64,000 nucleotides of DNA from a virus: the IMG/VR virus record IMGVR_UViG_3300031552_000001, positions 1 to 64,000 of that record; one strand, 5' to 3'. Below the pieces are notes generated by a model. The model did no database searches. It was not told the DNA's origin and saw only the letters and a program-made list of their open reading frames with translations. Positions 17,224-25,863 of this stretch are shown one piece after another (position 1 is the stretch's first letter; each line of letters starts with the position of its first letter). A program made the position numbers and the translations under genes.

Positions 17224-17706
17224 CTACTTGATTACGCCCCCCACCGCTGAAGCAATCAACGAAGGCATGCCTTGAAACACTCTTGCCGCTTCTTCTATTC
17301 TAGATGCAAACACCTTATGGGTAGAGGTGGAAAGCTCGAAAAGGTACAACTGGGCTTCTTCATAATCTCCAGCCTCATACGCTTGCTGTGCGAGCGCTAA
17401 GTTTAACTGCTCTCTGCTTATAAGCCCTTGAGTTACCAACCAGTTACCAAACCTAACCTCGTAATACTCATCCGCCGCCTCAACAAGAAGTTTTTTCGGA
17501 ATTCCCATTCCTGCTAAGACATCTACAAGCCTACGCTTAGGGCGAACTGAAGAAGCCTCTACCCTTTTTTCTGTTCGCTGGTCAGCAGAGTTACCACGAC
17601 TTGAATAGCCGATTGTATTGCCGACAGCACTGCTGCCTGGGATACCAGGGCGTCCGCTATCTTCTTGTCCGTTTCTTGCCTCTGTTTTATGTCGTTGACC
17701 GTCCAT
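17224..17706 (-). CDS. MshEN-motif (c-di-GMP-binding-like) protein; true start uncertain, probably near 17560
   Basis: RFGNWLVTQGLISREQLNLALAQQ fits RLGxxLLxxGLIxxxxLxxxLxxQ. Confidence 0.6.
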   Translation of the reverse strand: MDGQRHKTEARNGQEDSGRPGIPGSSAVGNTIGYSSRGNSADQRTEKRVEASSVRPKRRLVDVLAGMGIPKKLLVEAADEYYEVRFGNWLVTQGLISREQLNLALAQQAYEAGDYEEAQLYLFELSTSTHKVFASRIEEAARVFQGMPSLIASAVGGVIK

Positions 17707-17909
17707 TGATAGTGCTCCCGTTGGATCTTTTCGAATTTTTCATCCCTCTTAACAATCTCCCGGTCTTTTTTTCCTACAGCTTTCCATAAGACATAGACAG
17801 CAATGCTCAACCCGGCTATGCACACGCAAGCACACAATATCACCGCGGCTATGACCCCTCCGCGCTCCAACATTGGAAGGGCTGCATGAGTAGTAGCTAC
17901 TGGGTCCAT
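17559..17909 (-). CDS. single-pass membrane protein (holin/antiholin-like)
   Basis: GGVIAAVILCACVCIAGLSIAVYVLW followed by a basic coiled coil. Confidence 0.5.
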   Translation of the reverse strand: MDPVATTHAALPMLERGGVIAAVILCACVCIAGLSIAVYVLWKAVGKKDREIVKRDEKFEKIQREHYQWTVNDIKQRQETDKKIADALVSQAAVLSAIQSAIQVVVTLLTSEQKKG

Positions 17910-17939
17910 GTTCTATTTACTTCCTCATAACGGGCGCTG

Positions 17940-18236
17940 CTATACAGGTACCCTCTCTAACTTACTCTTAAGAGCGCGTTCAGCCGCTTTTGCTAGTCGC
18001 TGTTTATTAATGCTTACACACCTTTTGCACATTTTCGTCTCTTTCCCTTCGGTACGGGTGAGACGGCTAAGCAATTGAACAAAGCTCTCTACGCTTTCTG
18101 CTGTAGCTGAAAACCACATACTTTTACGCTTTGCCTGACAAATAACAGTAACGGGCTCATCTCTCGACATGTCATCAGCGGATGCTATTTTGGTGACGTG
18201 CCATGTGCCCTTCAGGTCCATCCCAAAAACGATCAT
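17940..18236 (-). CDS. hypothetical protein
   Basis: ATGA-coupled to the upstream gene; CKRC motif. Confidence 0.5.
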   Translation of the reverse strand: MIVFGMDLKGTWHVTKIASADDMSRDEPVTVICQAKRKSMWFSATAESVESFVQLLSRLTRTEGKETKMCKRCVSINKQRLAKAAERALKSKLERVPV

Positions 18237-18760
18237 TCGATACCTACAGGGATTAGCGTTCGATCAGAATAAGTTGCGCAGTCAGCCACACTCATTGACT
18301 TCTTGTACGATCCCGACATGGTGACCAGAACAGTACCCGGAGTTCGTACAAAAGAGGTCTCAATAACAGGTCCGTTCGACAATTCAGATGCAATGTTACG
18401 GACAAACGAATCGAAACCGGCGACTTCTCCATTTACTAAGCAGAATGGATCCCAGCGCGTAAATTGTGTGCCAGGCTCCCCACCAGGAGTATACGGCCTG
18501 CCCGCAGCGAGGAGGGCCTGTATAGCGGCGCCTGTTATGGGATCGTACGTATACGTCGTACAACACACCTGTTCGCCAACGTGGGCACAGTCAACGTGAT
18601 TTATTCGCTCTGCCACTACTCCGCTGGGGGCTCTAGCCATCACACTCGTAACGAATGTGCTACGTTGGGTGGGCGTAAGCTGAACAGGAGTTATGGGCCA
18701 CGCCACTTGAGGCTCGCCCGGGGCAGAAACAAAAATAGACAAAGCAATAATAGCAATCAT
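18233..18760 (-). CDS. putative secreted Cys-containing protein
   Basis: N-terminus MIAIIALSIFVSAPG. Confidence 0.55.
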   Translation of the reverse strand: MIAIIALSIFVSAPGEPQVAWPITPVQLTPTQRSTFVTSVMARAPSGVVAERINHVDCAHVGEQVCCTTYTYDPITGAAIQALLAAGRPYTPGGEPGTQFTRWDPFCLVNGEVAGFDSFVRNIASELSNGPVIETSFVRTPGTVLVTMSGSYKKSMSVADCATYSDRTLIPVGIE

Positions 18761-18769
18761 GGTATCCCT

Positions 18770-19624
18770 CTAGAAGAAAGTACAAGCAGTTGTTTCATCG
18801 GTCGCGCGGACCCAATCATACGTCGAATCATCTGTGATGCCGTGACAAACGCAAACCTCTGCTGGAGCACCGTCGTCTGTATCATTGATGTACCAGCGTT
18901 GTGGGCCTGCTGTGGTTGCGTCGCAGGCGTACGGCTCGGCGGGCGCATCGTTTTCGATCATGCCGTCGCCAATTGGCTTCCAGCCGGTGTTGCCGGTGCC
19001 AGATACTTTTTGCCAGAAGGTCTTTCCATACCCTCCGGTCGACACACTAAAAATTGATCCTATGCCGGCTGTAACCGAGCCTTCTGGCTCGGTGGCCGTC
19101 ATCTGCCACGAGGGGTAAGTTAGTTTGCCAATCCCTATCGCATCTCCATATATGACGCGTGCAACTATATCCGCATACGCGGAATCGTCCCCGGATCGAA
19201 ACCATATTTGCGCTCCAGATTTTTTGATCATCGGGCAAGCCGCTGTAGTGCATCCAAGCTGGATGCCCGTGAAGTCAGTTCCGGCGTTGTTGATAAGGAG
19301 AATGTATCCATCTACTGGGGATCGCATAAGAGATCTGCTGGCCCAACCAAGTCGAAAATCTGACAAAAAGTACGCGCCGGATATGTCCCAATAGACAGTA
19401 GGGGTTCCGCCGACGTACAGCCTAACCAAATCGTCAGACGGCGCAATCCAATACGTGTCGAGATCAGCGTCGAGCGTGAGCCTGTTGCCCGACAGGTTAA
19501 TGTCGCCGGACACGGTGCCACCCGAACTGAAATCAGGGGGCGTATACTCATATTGTATGGGCCCGCCAAAAGCAGCAGAGGGCTGCATCAGCCAGAACAA
19601 AACTAAAAGAAGGGCTCTTTTCAT
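18770..19624 (-). CDS. signal-peptide protein with a tail-fibre/tailspike-like motif
   Basis: MKRALLLVLFWLMQPSAAFG; PEGSVTAGIGSIF...FWQKVSGTGNTGW. Confidence 0.6.
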   Translation of the reverse strand: MKRALLLVLFWLMQPSAAFGGPIQYEYTPPDFSSGGTVSGDINLSGNRLTLDADLDTYWIAPSDDLVRLYVGGTPTVYWDISGAYFLSDFRLGWASRSLMRSPVDGYILLINNAGTDFTGIQLGCTTAACPMIKKSGAQIWFRSGDDSAYADIVARVIYGDAIGIGKLTYPSWQMTATEPEGSVTAGIGSIFSVSTGGYGKTFWQKVSGTGNTGWKPIGDGMIENDAPAEPYACDATTAGPQRWYINDTDDGAPAEVCVCHGITDDSTYDWVRATDETTACTFF

Positions 19625-19626
19625 TC

Positions 19627-20136
19627 CTATTTACCGCCTTTCACAGCCATTCCTACGTTCACTGTAAGGCTTTCATCGCCATCCGCCCCAGTAGGAACAA
19701 AATCGCACCCCACAATGGGGAAGCCCTCTATGTCCGCCCTAAACTCATAGCACGTAAGGCCTACACCAGGATCTTTGAACCACTTTCCATCAGTGAGCTC
19801 ACATACACCGTCTACGTACGTTTTGCATACTTGTACGGTATAAGGCTGGCCTCCTGATGTGTGATAGGCACTACAAGTAGACCTGAGGTCACTGACACTG
19901 CCATTAGCGTCATTGACGCACGCATACACTACCATGAGGCCATAAATCCCCATTATCGCAGGGGAGGATACTGACACAGTAAAACTTCTCGTCGTGGACA
20001 GGTCCAGGCCGTCGATTACAGTTCCTTTAAATTCATAGGCGTTTTTGGGGCCGGCTACTGCCATAGCGTGTGAGGGAAAAAGCAATACTATCGCCGCAAG
20101 AAGGCAAAGTAGGAATTTGTAGGGCGTGTTCGGCAT
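19627..20136 (-). CDS. putative secreted Cys-rich protein
   Basis: AGGAGG SD; KFLLCLLAAIVLLFPSHAMA signal peptide. Confidence 0.6.
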   Translation of the reverse strand: MPNTPYKFLLCLLAAIVLLFPSHAMAVAGPKNAYEFKGTVIDGLDLSTTRSFTVSVSSPAIMGIYGLMVVYACVNDANGSVSDLRSTCSAYHTSGGQPYTVQVCKTYVDGVCELTDGKWFKDPGVGLTCYEFRADIEGFPIVGCDFVPTGADGDESLTVNVGMAVKGGK

Positions 20137-20242
20137 AAGTCCTCCTAGTGACCCATTTTCGTGGTAAGTAGGGAGTTCACTCGCTGAGTGTAGCTCATTA
20201 ACCGCCGTGTAAGAATCACAAGTTGTATGAAAGGAGAAAGAG

Positions 20243-20476
20243 ATGTCATCAGGCTATGAGGATACCGTAGATGTAGAATTCGACGAACTAATTCGACAGT
20301 CAAGTAAGGCGTTTCTTATCAGTGTGGAGGGGAAGGAAACGTGGGTAGCCAAAAGCAGGACAGAGAACTCCGAGGAGCTCGAAAATCAGCTCTTACTTCC
20401 TCCTGAAGACAGAAGCGTCTTCACCATCATTGTTCCTAGATGGTTAGCTAAAGACAATGGATGGTGCGATGAATGA
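20243..20476 (+). CDS. small beta-barrel-like phage protein
   Basis: AAGGAG SD; KAFLI...ETWVAKS...IIVPRWLAKDNG. Confidence 0.6.
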   Translation: MSSGYEDTVDVEFDELIRQSSKAFLISVEGKETWVAKSRTENSEELENQLLLPPEDRSVFTIIVPRWLAKDNGWCDE

Positions 20477-20477
20477 G

Positions 20478-20654
20478 TCACGCCGCTTTAGCTCTCACTA
20501 AAGACGGAGGGCGCATGCCCCACTGCTTAGCAAGACGACGAATGTGTTCTTTAAGAACATCACTCTGACTTGAAGCCCATTCTTGCTTTAGCTGCTGGAG
20601 CATTTTCCTCTGAGTCTCGGCTATGGCATCCCTCGGCACTACTTGGGTACTCAC
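20478..20654 (-). CDS. 58-aa protein missed by the ORF track (MSTQVVPRDAIAETQRKMLQQLKQEW...RAKAA)
   Basis: AAGGAGGT SD before GTG on the minus strand, open to TGA at 20478-20480. Confidence 0.6.
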   Translation of the reverse strand: MSTQVVPRDAIAETQRKMLQQLKQEWASSQSDVLKEHIRRLAKQWGMRPPSLVRAKAA

Positions 20655-20796
20655 GGTACACCTCCTTATACTCGTTAGAATACCACACTTAGTTCTATTT
20701 GTGTTGCTAAAAGCGTACTACATACATATAAATACACCGAAGGACATGTCGTCCTTATTTCAATTTCCGGCGTAAGAGCCAGTAAGGGAGACTAAA

Positions 20797-20997
20797 ATGG
20801 CTGAAGCTATTGTAGTGAACCAGAAGCAAAAGGAAGTATTAAACAAAGTTATGAAGCTCGGAGGAAAGGTGAGCCTAGCCGAAGTAGACAAACGAACGGC
20901 AGGAGCGCTAGAAACCCGAGGCTTAGTAAAGCTCAGCGAGAACAAGAAGGGGCAGTTTGTATCCCTGACGGCAAAAGGGAAGAAGCTCCTCAACTAA
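20797..20997 (+). CDS. small winged-helix-like protein
   Basis: LETRGLVKL...FVSLTAKGKKLL. Confidence 0.55.
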   Translation: MAEAIVVNQKQKEVLNKVMKLGGKVSLAEVDKRTAGALETRGLVKLSENKKGQFVSLTAKGKKLLN

Positions 20998-21038
20998 TTG
21001 TTTCTAGTTCAATCATCGACAATGGAAATATGAAAGAA

Positions 21039-21129
21039 AGCAGCACAGCCGGCGCCGTTTAACTGCCTTACCTACCTGGAGTGTCTACTCAATGGAGAGA
21101 TTACCTTACGATTCGCCGGCTGTGCTGCT
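21039..21129. repeat. 16-bp inverted repeat enclosing 59 nt (candidate small RNA)
   Basis: AGCAGCACAGCCGGCG (21039-21054) / CGCCGGCTGTGCTGCT (21114-21129), intergenic. Confidence 0.7.
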
Positions 21130-21179
21130 CTCGAAATGTACTACTCTTTAATTTCCTAGTCAAACTGTTCCCAACGCGT

Positions 21180-21428
21180 TCATTCTACTCGGGGGGCAGG
21201 TTTCTTTCGCTTAGACTTAATGAACTCATACGCTTCTAGAAAATCCGGGTTAGAAGAGAGTTCCAGCAGCCTTTTATAGTCCAAGATAATTGCTTGGATG
21301 ACCCCTTGAAGGGGCGGTCGAACTCTTCGCTTCGACTTTTTCTCCATAAGCCGTTGCAGTGTTCTCAAGAAGCGCAGTTCTTTCTCTTCAAGTCGTATGA
21401 AAGTTCTTATACCTTTAGGTAACGGCAT
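21180..21428 (-). CDS. ribbon-helix-helix-like DNA-binding protein
   Basis: AAGGAAG SD; RTFIRLEEKELRFL...LQGVIQAII. Confidence 0.45.
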   Translation of the reverse strand: MPLPKGIRTFIRLEEKELRFLRTLQRLMEKKSKRRVRPPLQGVIQAIILDYKRLLELSSNPDFLEAYEFIKSKRKKPAPRVE

Positions 21429-21509
21429 GACACTTCCTTATTTGGTAGCTAAAAAGTGTATCTACATAGTAGATTTCTTCACTCTAACGGAAAGGTAGAG
21501 GACTAGCCA

Positions 21510-21815
21510 ATGCCCAAGGACGAAGAAAGTATTCCCATCGAGATGACTGTAGATAATTTGGACACGCCCCAGGCGGCATCTACTTTAGCGGTACTTGCTG
21601 TCTTAGGCCTGAAAAAGTACGGGAGAGTTACTTTTGTAGTTCGGCCAGATCGAGGGGTAGCTTTTGCTAACCCGGCGCACGTAGACATTCACCCAGACGC
21701 AATAGAAGACTTAGCAGACCGGCCGCTTAGATTTGTTAGGCCCCTACTTGGAGATGGAAAACCGAAGTTTGTAGCTTGGAAAGACGGGGTGTTGTGGGAA
21801 GTAGAAATCGAATAG
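21510..21815 (+). CDS. hypothetical protein
   Basis: GAGGA SD, 101 aa. Confidence 0.55.
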   Translation: MPKDEESIPIEMTVDNLDTPQAASTLAVLAVLGLKKYGRVTFVVRPDRGVAFANPAHVDIHPDAIEDLADRPLRFVRPLLGDGKPKFVAWKDGVLWEVEIE

Positions 21816-21867
21816 CGGCTAGAACAACGGCCCTTATGTGAGAACTCACAAACAAACGGAGACCAGA

Positions 21868-22740
21868 ATGACCGTGAAGCCAAAAACAAAGAACAGAGGG
21901 AAGACCTTAGTGGCGTTGGTAAGTCAACTCGAAGTAGATAAGATCTTAAACGTTGAGCAGCCAAAAGACTTGGATGTGCTGGCTGACTCTATAAAGGCCC
22001 TCGGCGTAAGGCATAAACTTCAAGTAAGAAGAAAAAAAGGGAGCGATAAACTCTACATCATCGACGGAAGACGAAGATTCCTCGCTGCGAGCAAGGCCGG
22101 GCTTCGAAAAATAGAGGTAGTAGACCATGGGTACATGAAGGATGTTGATGCGATAACATTAGGGCACGCAGAAAACTTCCTACGCCGCAAAAACAGCAAA
22201 AAGGAAACCATTCACGCCTGTCGACTCCTCCGCAGTGAAAAATTAACTCACAAGGAAATAGCATCTAGGCTATTCTTGGGGGAGTCTACAGTTAGTGAAT
22301 ACCTGTCCATTTCTCGAGCATCGCCCAAAGTAAAAGAAGCTGTAGTCAAAAAGAAGTCAGAAGGCGGAGTGAGTATAAAAGAGGGCCTAAAGATTGCACA
22401 ACTAGGGAGGGAACAGCAAGACGAAGAGATACAAAAGAAGACAAAAGGAGTCGAACAACCAGCTAAGAGGGCTCAGTTACCCAAAATACTAACAAATAAG
22501 GCCGAGGTTACACCCCTTAGCCAAAATATGGGGGTTTTAATGCCAGGGGAAAAACTAAGAAACGACTACCGTCTAGCTTCCGACTACAAGGAGAGATGCC
22601 AAAAGCTGGAAGTTGAAGTTCAAAAACGGCTCAGAATGAACCCTAGCAACGCCAAACTTCAAGGAATGAGTTTAGCTATTGGAGTGCTGCGAGGAAAACT
22701 CACAGTAGAGGAGTCCCTTATCAACTGGGGCAAAATATAA
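21868..22740 (+). CDS. parB: ParB/RepB/Spo0J-family protein
   Basis: LADSIKALGV...IIDGRRRFLAA (GxxRxxA), ENFLRRK, HTH LTHKEIASRLFLGESTVSEYL. Confidence 0.85.
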   Translation: MTVKPKTKNRGKTLVALVSQLEVDKILNVEQPKDLDVLADSIKALGVRHKLQVRRKKGSDKLYIIDGRRRFLAASKAGLRKIEVVDHGYMKDVDAITLGHAENFLRRKNSKKETIHACRLLRSEKLTHKEIASRLFLGESTVSEYLSISRASPKVKEAVVKKKSEGGVSIKEGLKIAQLGREQQDEEIQKKTKGVEQPAKRAQLPKILTNKAEVTPLSQNMGVLMPGEKLRNDYRLASDYKERCQKLEVEVQKRLRMNPSNAKLQGMSLAIGVLRGKLTVEESLINWGKI

Positions 22741-22762
22741 GAGGTTTCTCTGATTTATGATG

Positions 22763-22819
22763 ATGTAGTCAAATGTAGTCATTCCTCGCCGAGTGAGGAA
22801 TGACTACATTTGACTACAT
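22763..22819. promoter_or_regulatory. 25-bp perfect palindrome with tandem ATGTAGTC subrepeats (parS-like/operator candidate)
   Basis: ATGTAGTCAAATGTAGTCATTCCTC-GCCGAGT-GAGGAATGACTACATTTGACTACAT, 22 nt after the parB stop. Confidence 0.55.
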
Positions 22820-22848
22820 GGTTCATGAAAGGTCACATGGAGCGCGTA

Positions 22849-23319
22849 ATGTCATCTTTTATTCAGAAGGTAGAGCCTGTTTTGGACCCGTCCGTAAGAG
22901 CCCTTTGTGCTAAAGCGTATGATGGACATCCGAAGGGGTGCCCGAATTTCCGAAAGAGAGAAACATGCCCTCCGTATGCTCCTTTATTTGAGGAAGTATT
23001 CAATCTCTCATATCCAGTGTATGCGATTGGAGAGAAGTTCAATCTAAAAGCTCATGAGGATAAGATGAGAGAGCTCCATCCGGAGTGGTCTTACAGACAA
23101 CTTACGTGCTGCTTGTACTGGCAAGGAAGCGTAAGAAAAAGGCTGAAAGAAGAGATTAAGAAGTTTCAAGCGGAGAGGGCAGGATTTATCTGTACGGACT
23201 GTCCAGAAGCTTTGGGGGTAAATGTCACAGCCACTTTAGGTTCTGTAGGAATAAAGCTAGAATGGCCGCCAACAACTTACGTCGTCAAAGTAGCATTTTG
23301 TGGGGCGCCAAAAGGATAA
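22849..23319 (+). CDS. DUF2284-like predicted metal-binding protein
   Basis: CAKAY...GCPNF...TCPPYAP...CPEALGVNVTATL. Confidence 0.7.
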   Translation: MSSFIQKVEPVLDPSVRALCAKAYDGHPKGCPNFRKRETCPPYAPLFEEVFNLSYPVYAIGEKFNLKAHEDKMRELHPEWSYRQLTCCLYWQGSVRKRLKEEIKKFQAERAGFICTDCPEALGVNVTATLGSVGIKLEWPPTTYVVKVAFCGAPKG

Positions 23320-23364
23320 GAGCAGCCGCTAGGTAAGCCCATTGCAAAGCTAAGGAGGACCGGC

Positions 23365-23895
23365 ATGAAATTATTATTATTAGATGTCGACGGAGTAGTC
23401 GCAGATTTCATAAGAGGGATGGAAGAAAAAGCGGGGTTTAAATTTACTGAAGAGCAGCTGAAAACCTTTTATTGCGACCGGCAAGTAAGTCCTACTAAAA
23501 GGTCTAAGATTTATGAAATCGCCAGAGACCCTTCCTTCTGGGAGAGTCTGCCTCTTATAGAGGGCGCAAAAGAAGGACTCAGACATCTGAACGCGTTAGG
23601 GTACAAAATTACTTGGGTAACTAGCCCGTGGAAAGGCTGCGAGGGGTGGGAGGAGGCTCGTAAGGCGTGGCTAAACAAACACTTTGACATCGACCGTATG
23701 GGACAAGAGGTAAAGGTGATGTCCGACAAGTCCGAGGTGGACGGGGATATTTTCATTGACGATAAAGTAGACAACATACGAGATTGGAAAAAGAACCATA
23801 GTAAAGGCAGAGCCTATATTTATGACGCTCCCTCCAATAAAAACTTTCACAACGCCCCTAGATTCACGTGGGGGAAAGTGAAAGAGCTGTTATGA
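23365..23895 (+). CDS. 5'(3')-deoxyribonucleotidase, HAD superfamily (NT5C-like)
   Basis: LLDVDGVVADF, WVTSPW, DIFIDDK. Confidence 0.88.
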   Translation: MKLLLLDVDGVVADFIRGMEEKAGFKFTEEQLKTFYCDRQVSPTKRSKIYEIARDPSFWESLPLIEGAKEGLRHLNALGYKITWVTSPWKGCEGWEEARKAWLNKHFDIDRMGQEVKVMSDKSEVDGDIFIDDKVDNIRDWKKNHSKGRAYIYDAPSNKNFHNAPRFTWGKVKELL

Positions 23896-24341
23896 ATCCT
23901 TTGCGCGTACCGTGGGGGAAGAAACCGCCTACTAAAAAAGAGAAGTCGGCTTCCCCGCCTTTCATAGGAATAAAAAACGAGGCGGCTAGAGAAAACAGAG
24001 ATGCTTCTAGTTTCGTGTCCATTTCTGTTCGCGGAGTAAAAGGAGCTCCGAATGGGAGCTATCTTCTTCCTTGGAGCGAAGGGGCTTGTTTAAAGTACTA
24101 TCTATCTCAAATAAACCTCATTACGGCTGCTATACACTCTGCAATTCTCGACGACGCATATCCAGAAGAGGGTAGGTTAAGATTAAGATACGTACCCAAA
24201 AATAACTCTCGCATTAAACTAGGAGCTCCGTCGGTAGGCGCCGCGCTGCAATACCAAAGATCTTCTCACGATGCCCAAAGAATAGCCTATCGCATGGGCG
24301 GCGGAACAAAAGTCGTAGAGATGCCTTTGAGTAAAAGATGA
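23892..24341 (+). CDS. hypothetical protein
   Basis: ATGA overlap with the upstream gene. Confidence 0.55.
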   Translation: MNPLRVPWGKKPPTKKEKSASPPFIGIKNEAARENRDASSFVSISVRGVKGAPNGSYLLPWSEGACLKYYLSQINLITAAIHSAILDDAYPEEGRLRLRYVPKNNSRIKLGAPSVGAALQYQRSSHDAQRIAYRMGGGTKVVEMPLSKR

Positions 24342-24416
24342 AGAAGTAGCGAAATACCTCTTGTCTTGACGGTATAAGAACCTCGAACATTAACTTCTAA
24401 CTTTACGGAGACAGAA

Positions 24417-25538
24417 ATGTTAATTCATCACACCGCAGAGGACTATGGGTCGGCAGCACAAAAAGCAGCAGATTGGGCAGTAAAAAAGCTTGATAGGATT
24501 ATAGCCGAAGGGAAAAATAGGGCGATTTCTACGATAGGAGAAGTTCAGAATAACCAGCCGAAAGATTATTTGGTGCCGTCATCTACCCTTAGATTTATGG
24601 CCAACAACAACGCCCTCGAGGCGAGATGGGGTTCCTCTGAACAGTTCAAAATACACCCCCATGCTCTAGAACAAGTGGGTGAGCGATGCGGTATGCCCAA
24701 CCCAAAGAAAGTTATGAACTGGATAATGGATGATGATTCAGGTGTCGGGGCCTCTGAACTTGCCGAAATCCTGAACCGCAAATTTACCAGCCAAAAAGAT
24801 AAGAGGTTTCTTGTAAGGTCTGTAAACGGACAAGAGGTACGTGGATTTCTGAGCGACAGGTACAGGAGATTAGATTCTGCCCCTCTTGTAGAGTCTTTTA
24901 TTGCACGAGCCATTGAGCACGGAGCTCTGCCTATCGAGGGTAAGGCGTTGGATACGAAGTTCTACCTAAAGGTAGTGCTACCGCACATTCTGGAGCCCCT
25001 TCCGGGAGAAGTTATGCTGTGGGGGGTCCAGTTGAAAAACAGTGACTTTGGAGACGGAAAACTGGATGTTTCAGGTTTTATTTATAGACTTAGATGCACG
25101 AATTTGCTGATGGGAGAAAACGGGTTCTCGAAAGTTCATCTTGGTGGGCGACTCGACGAAAACTTGGAGTTCAGCGAGAGAACCTACGAGCTTGATACTA
25201 AAACTATGGCCTCTGCTGTAATGGATGTAGTCGATTCTGTTCTTGAGCCGAGTAACGTGAAGAAGAGCGTAGAGGCTATACAATGTCTCGCAAAAAAAGA
25301 AACCGATTCAGATGCTGTGCTAAAGGTTCTTCGAAACAAGTCTAAGCTAACAAAGGGAGAAGCAGAAGAAGTAGCTAAGATCTTTAATAGCGCAGAAATA
25401 GAAAAACTTCCTCCAGGGCAGAACGCTTGGAGACTAAGCAATGCTATAGCTTTATTGTCACAACAGTGCGAGCCCCGTCGACAACTGGAGCTTGAAGAAG
25501 TAGCGGGAGAGGTAGCTGGGCTACGAAAGGCAGCATAA
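24417..25538 (+). CDS. DUF932/DUF945-like protein
   Basis: VRGFLSDRYRRLDS, NSDFG, YRLRCTN, NAWRLSNAI. Confidence 0.7.
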   Translation: MLIHHTAEDYGSAAQKAADWAVKKLDRIIAEGKNRAISTIGEVQNNQPKDYLVPSSTLRFMANNNALEARWGSSEQFKIHPHALEQVGERCGMPNPKKVMNWIMDDDSGVGASELAEILNRKFTSQKDKRFLVRSVNGQEVRGFLSDRYRRLDSAPLVESFIARAIEHGALPIEGKALDTKFYLKVVLPHILEPLPGEVMLWGVQLKNSDFGDGKLDVSGFIYRLRCTNLLMGENGFSKVHLGGRLDENLEFSERTYELDTKTMASAVMDVVDSVLEPSNVKKSVEAIQCLAKKETDSDAVLKVLRNKSKLTKGEAEEVAKIFNSAEIEKLPPGQNAWRLSNAIALLSQQCEPRRQLELEEVAGEVAGLRKAA

Positions 25539-25553
25539 AGACAGGAGACCCTA

Positions 25554-25862
25554 ATGGTAGAGTCTGAAGAGTTTACGCGCGAAGTAGAGGTGTTCAAATA
25601 CAGAGAGACGAAAGAACCTGTAATTACCCCAAAGACAACTTGGGAGCCGATCCCTCTACACGAACTGAAAAAGGGGGATATCTTTCGGGTATTCGACGTG
25701 AGAGCAGATGGGAAAAAGCGTCCGGACCGGGTGTTGAACGGGCAGCCTGCGGTGTACGTCGCAGCAGTAGATGGAAAATTGGTTCCGAGGCCCACACTAG
25801 CAGAAGTGCGCGCAGACCCAGTGAATGGATTCTTCTTCGACGAAGTAAAAGTTAGGTGTTAG
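25554..25862 (+). CDS. hypothetical protein
   Basis: AGGAG SD, 102 aa. Confidence 0.55.
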   Translation: MVESEEFTREVEVFKYRETKEPVITPKTTWEPIPLHELKKGDIFRVFDVRADGKKRPDRVLNGQPAVYVAAVDGKLVPRPTLAEVRADPVNGFFFDEVKVRC

Positions 25863-25863
25863 G

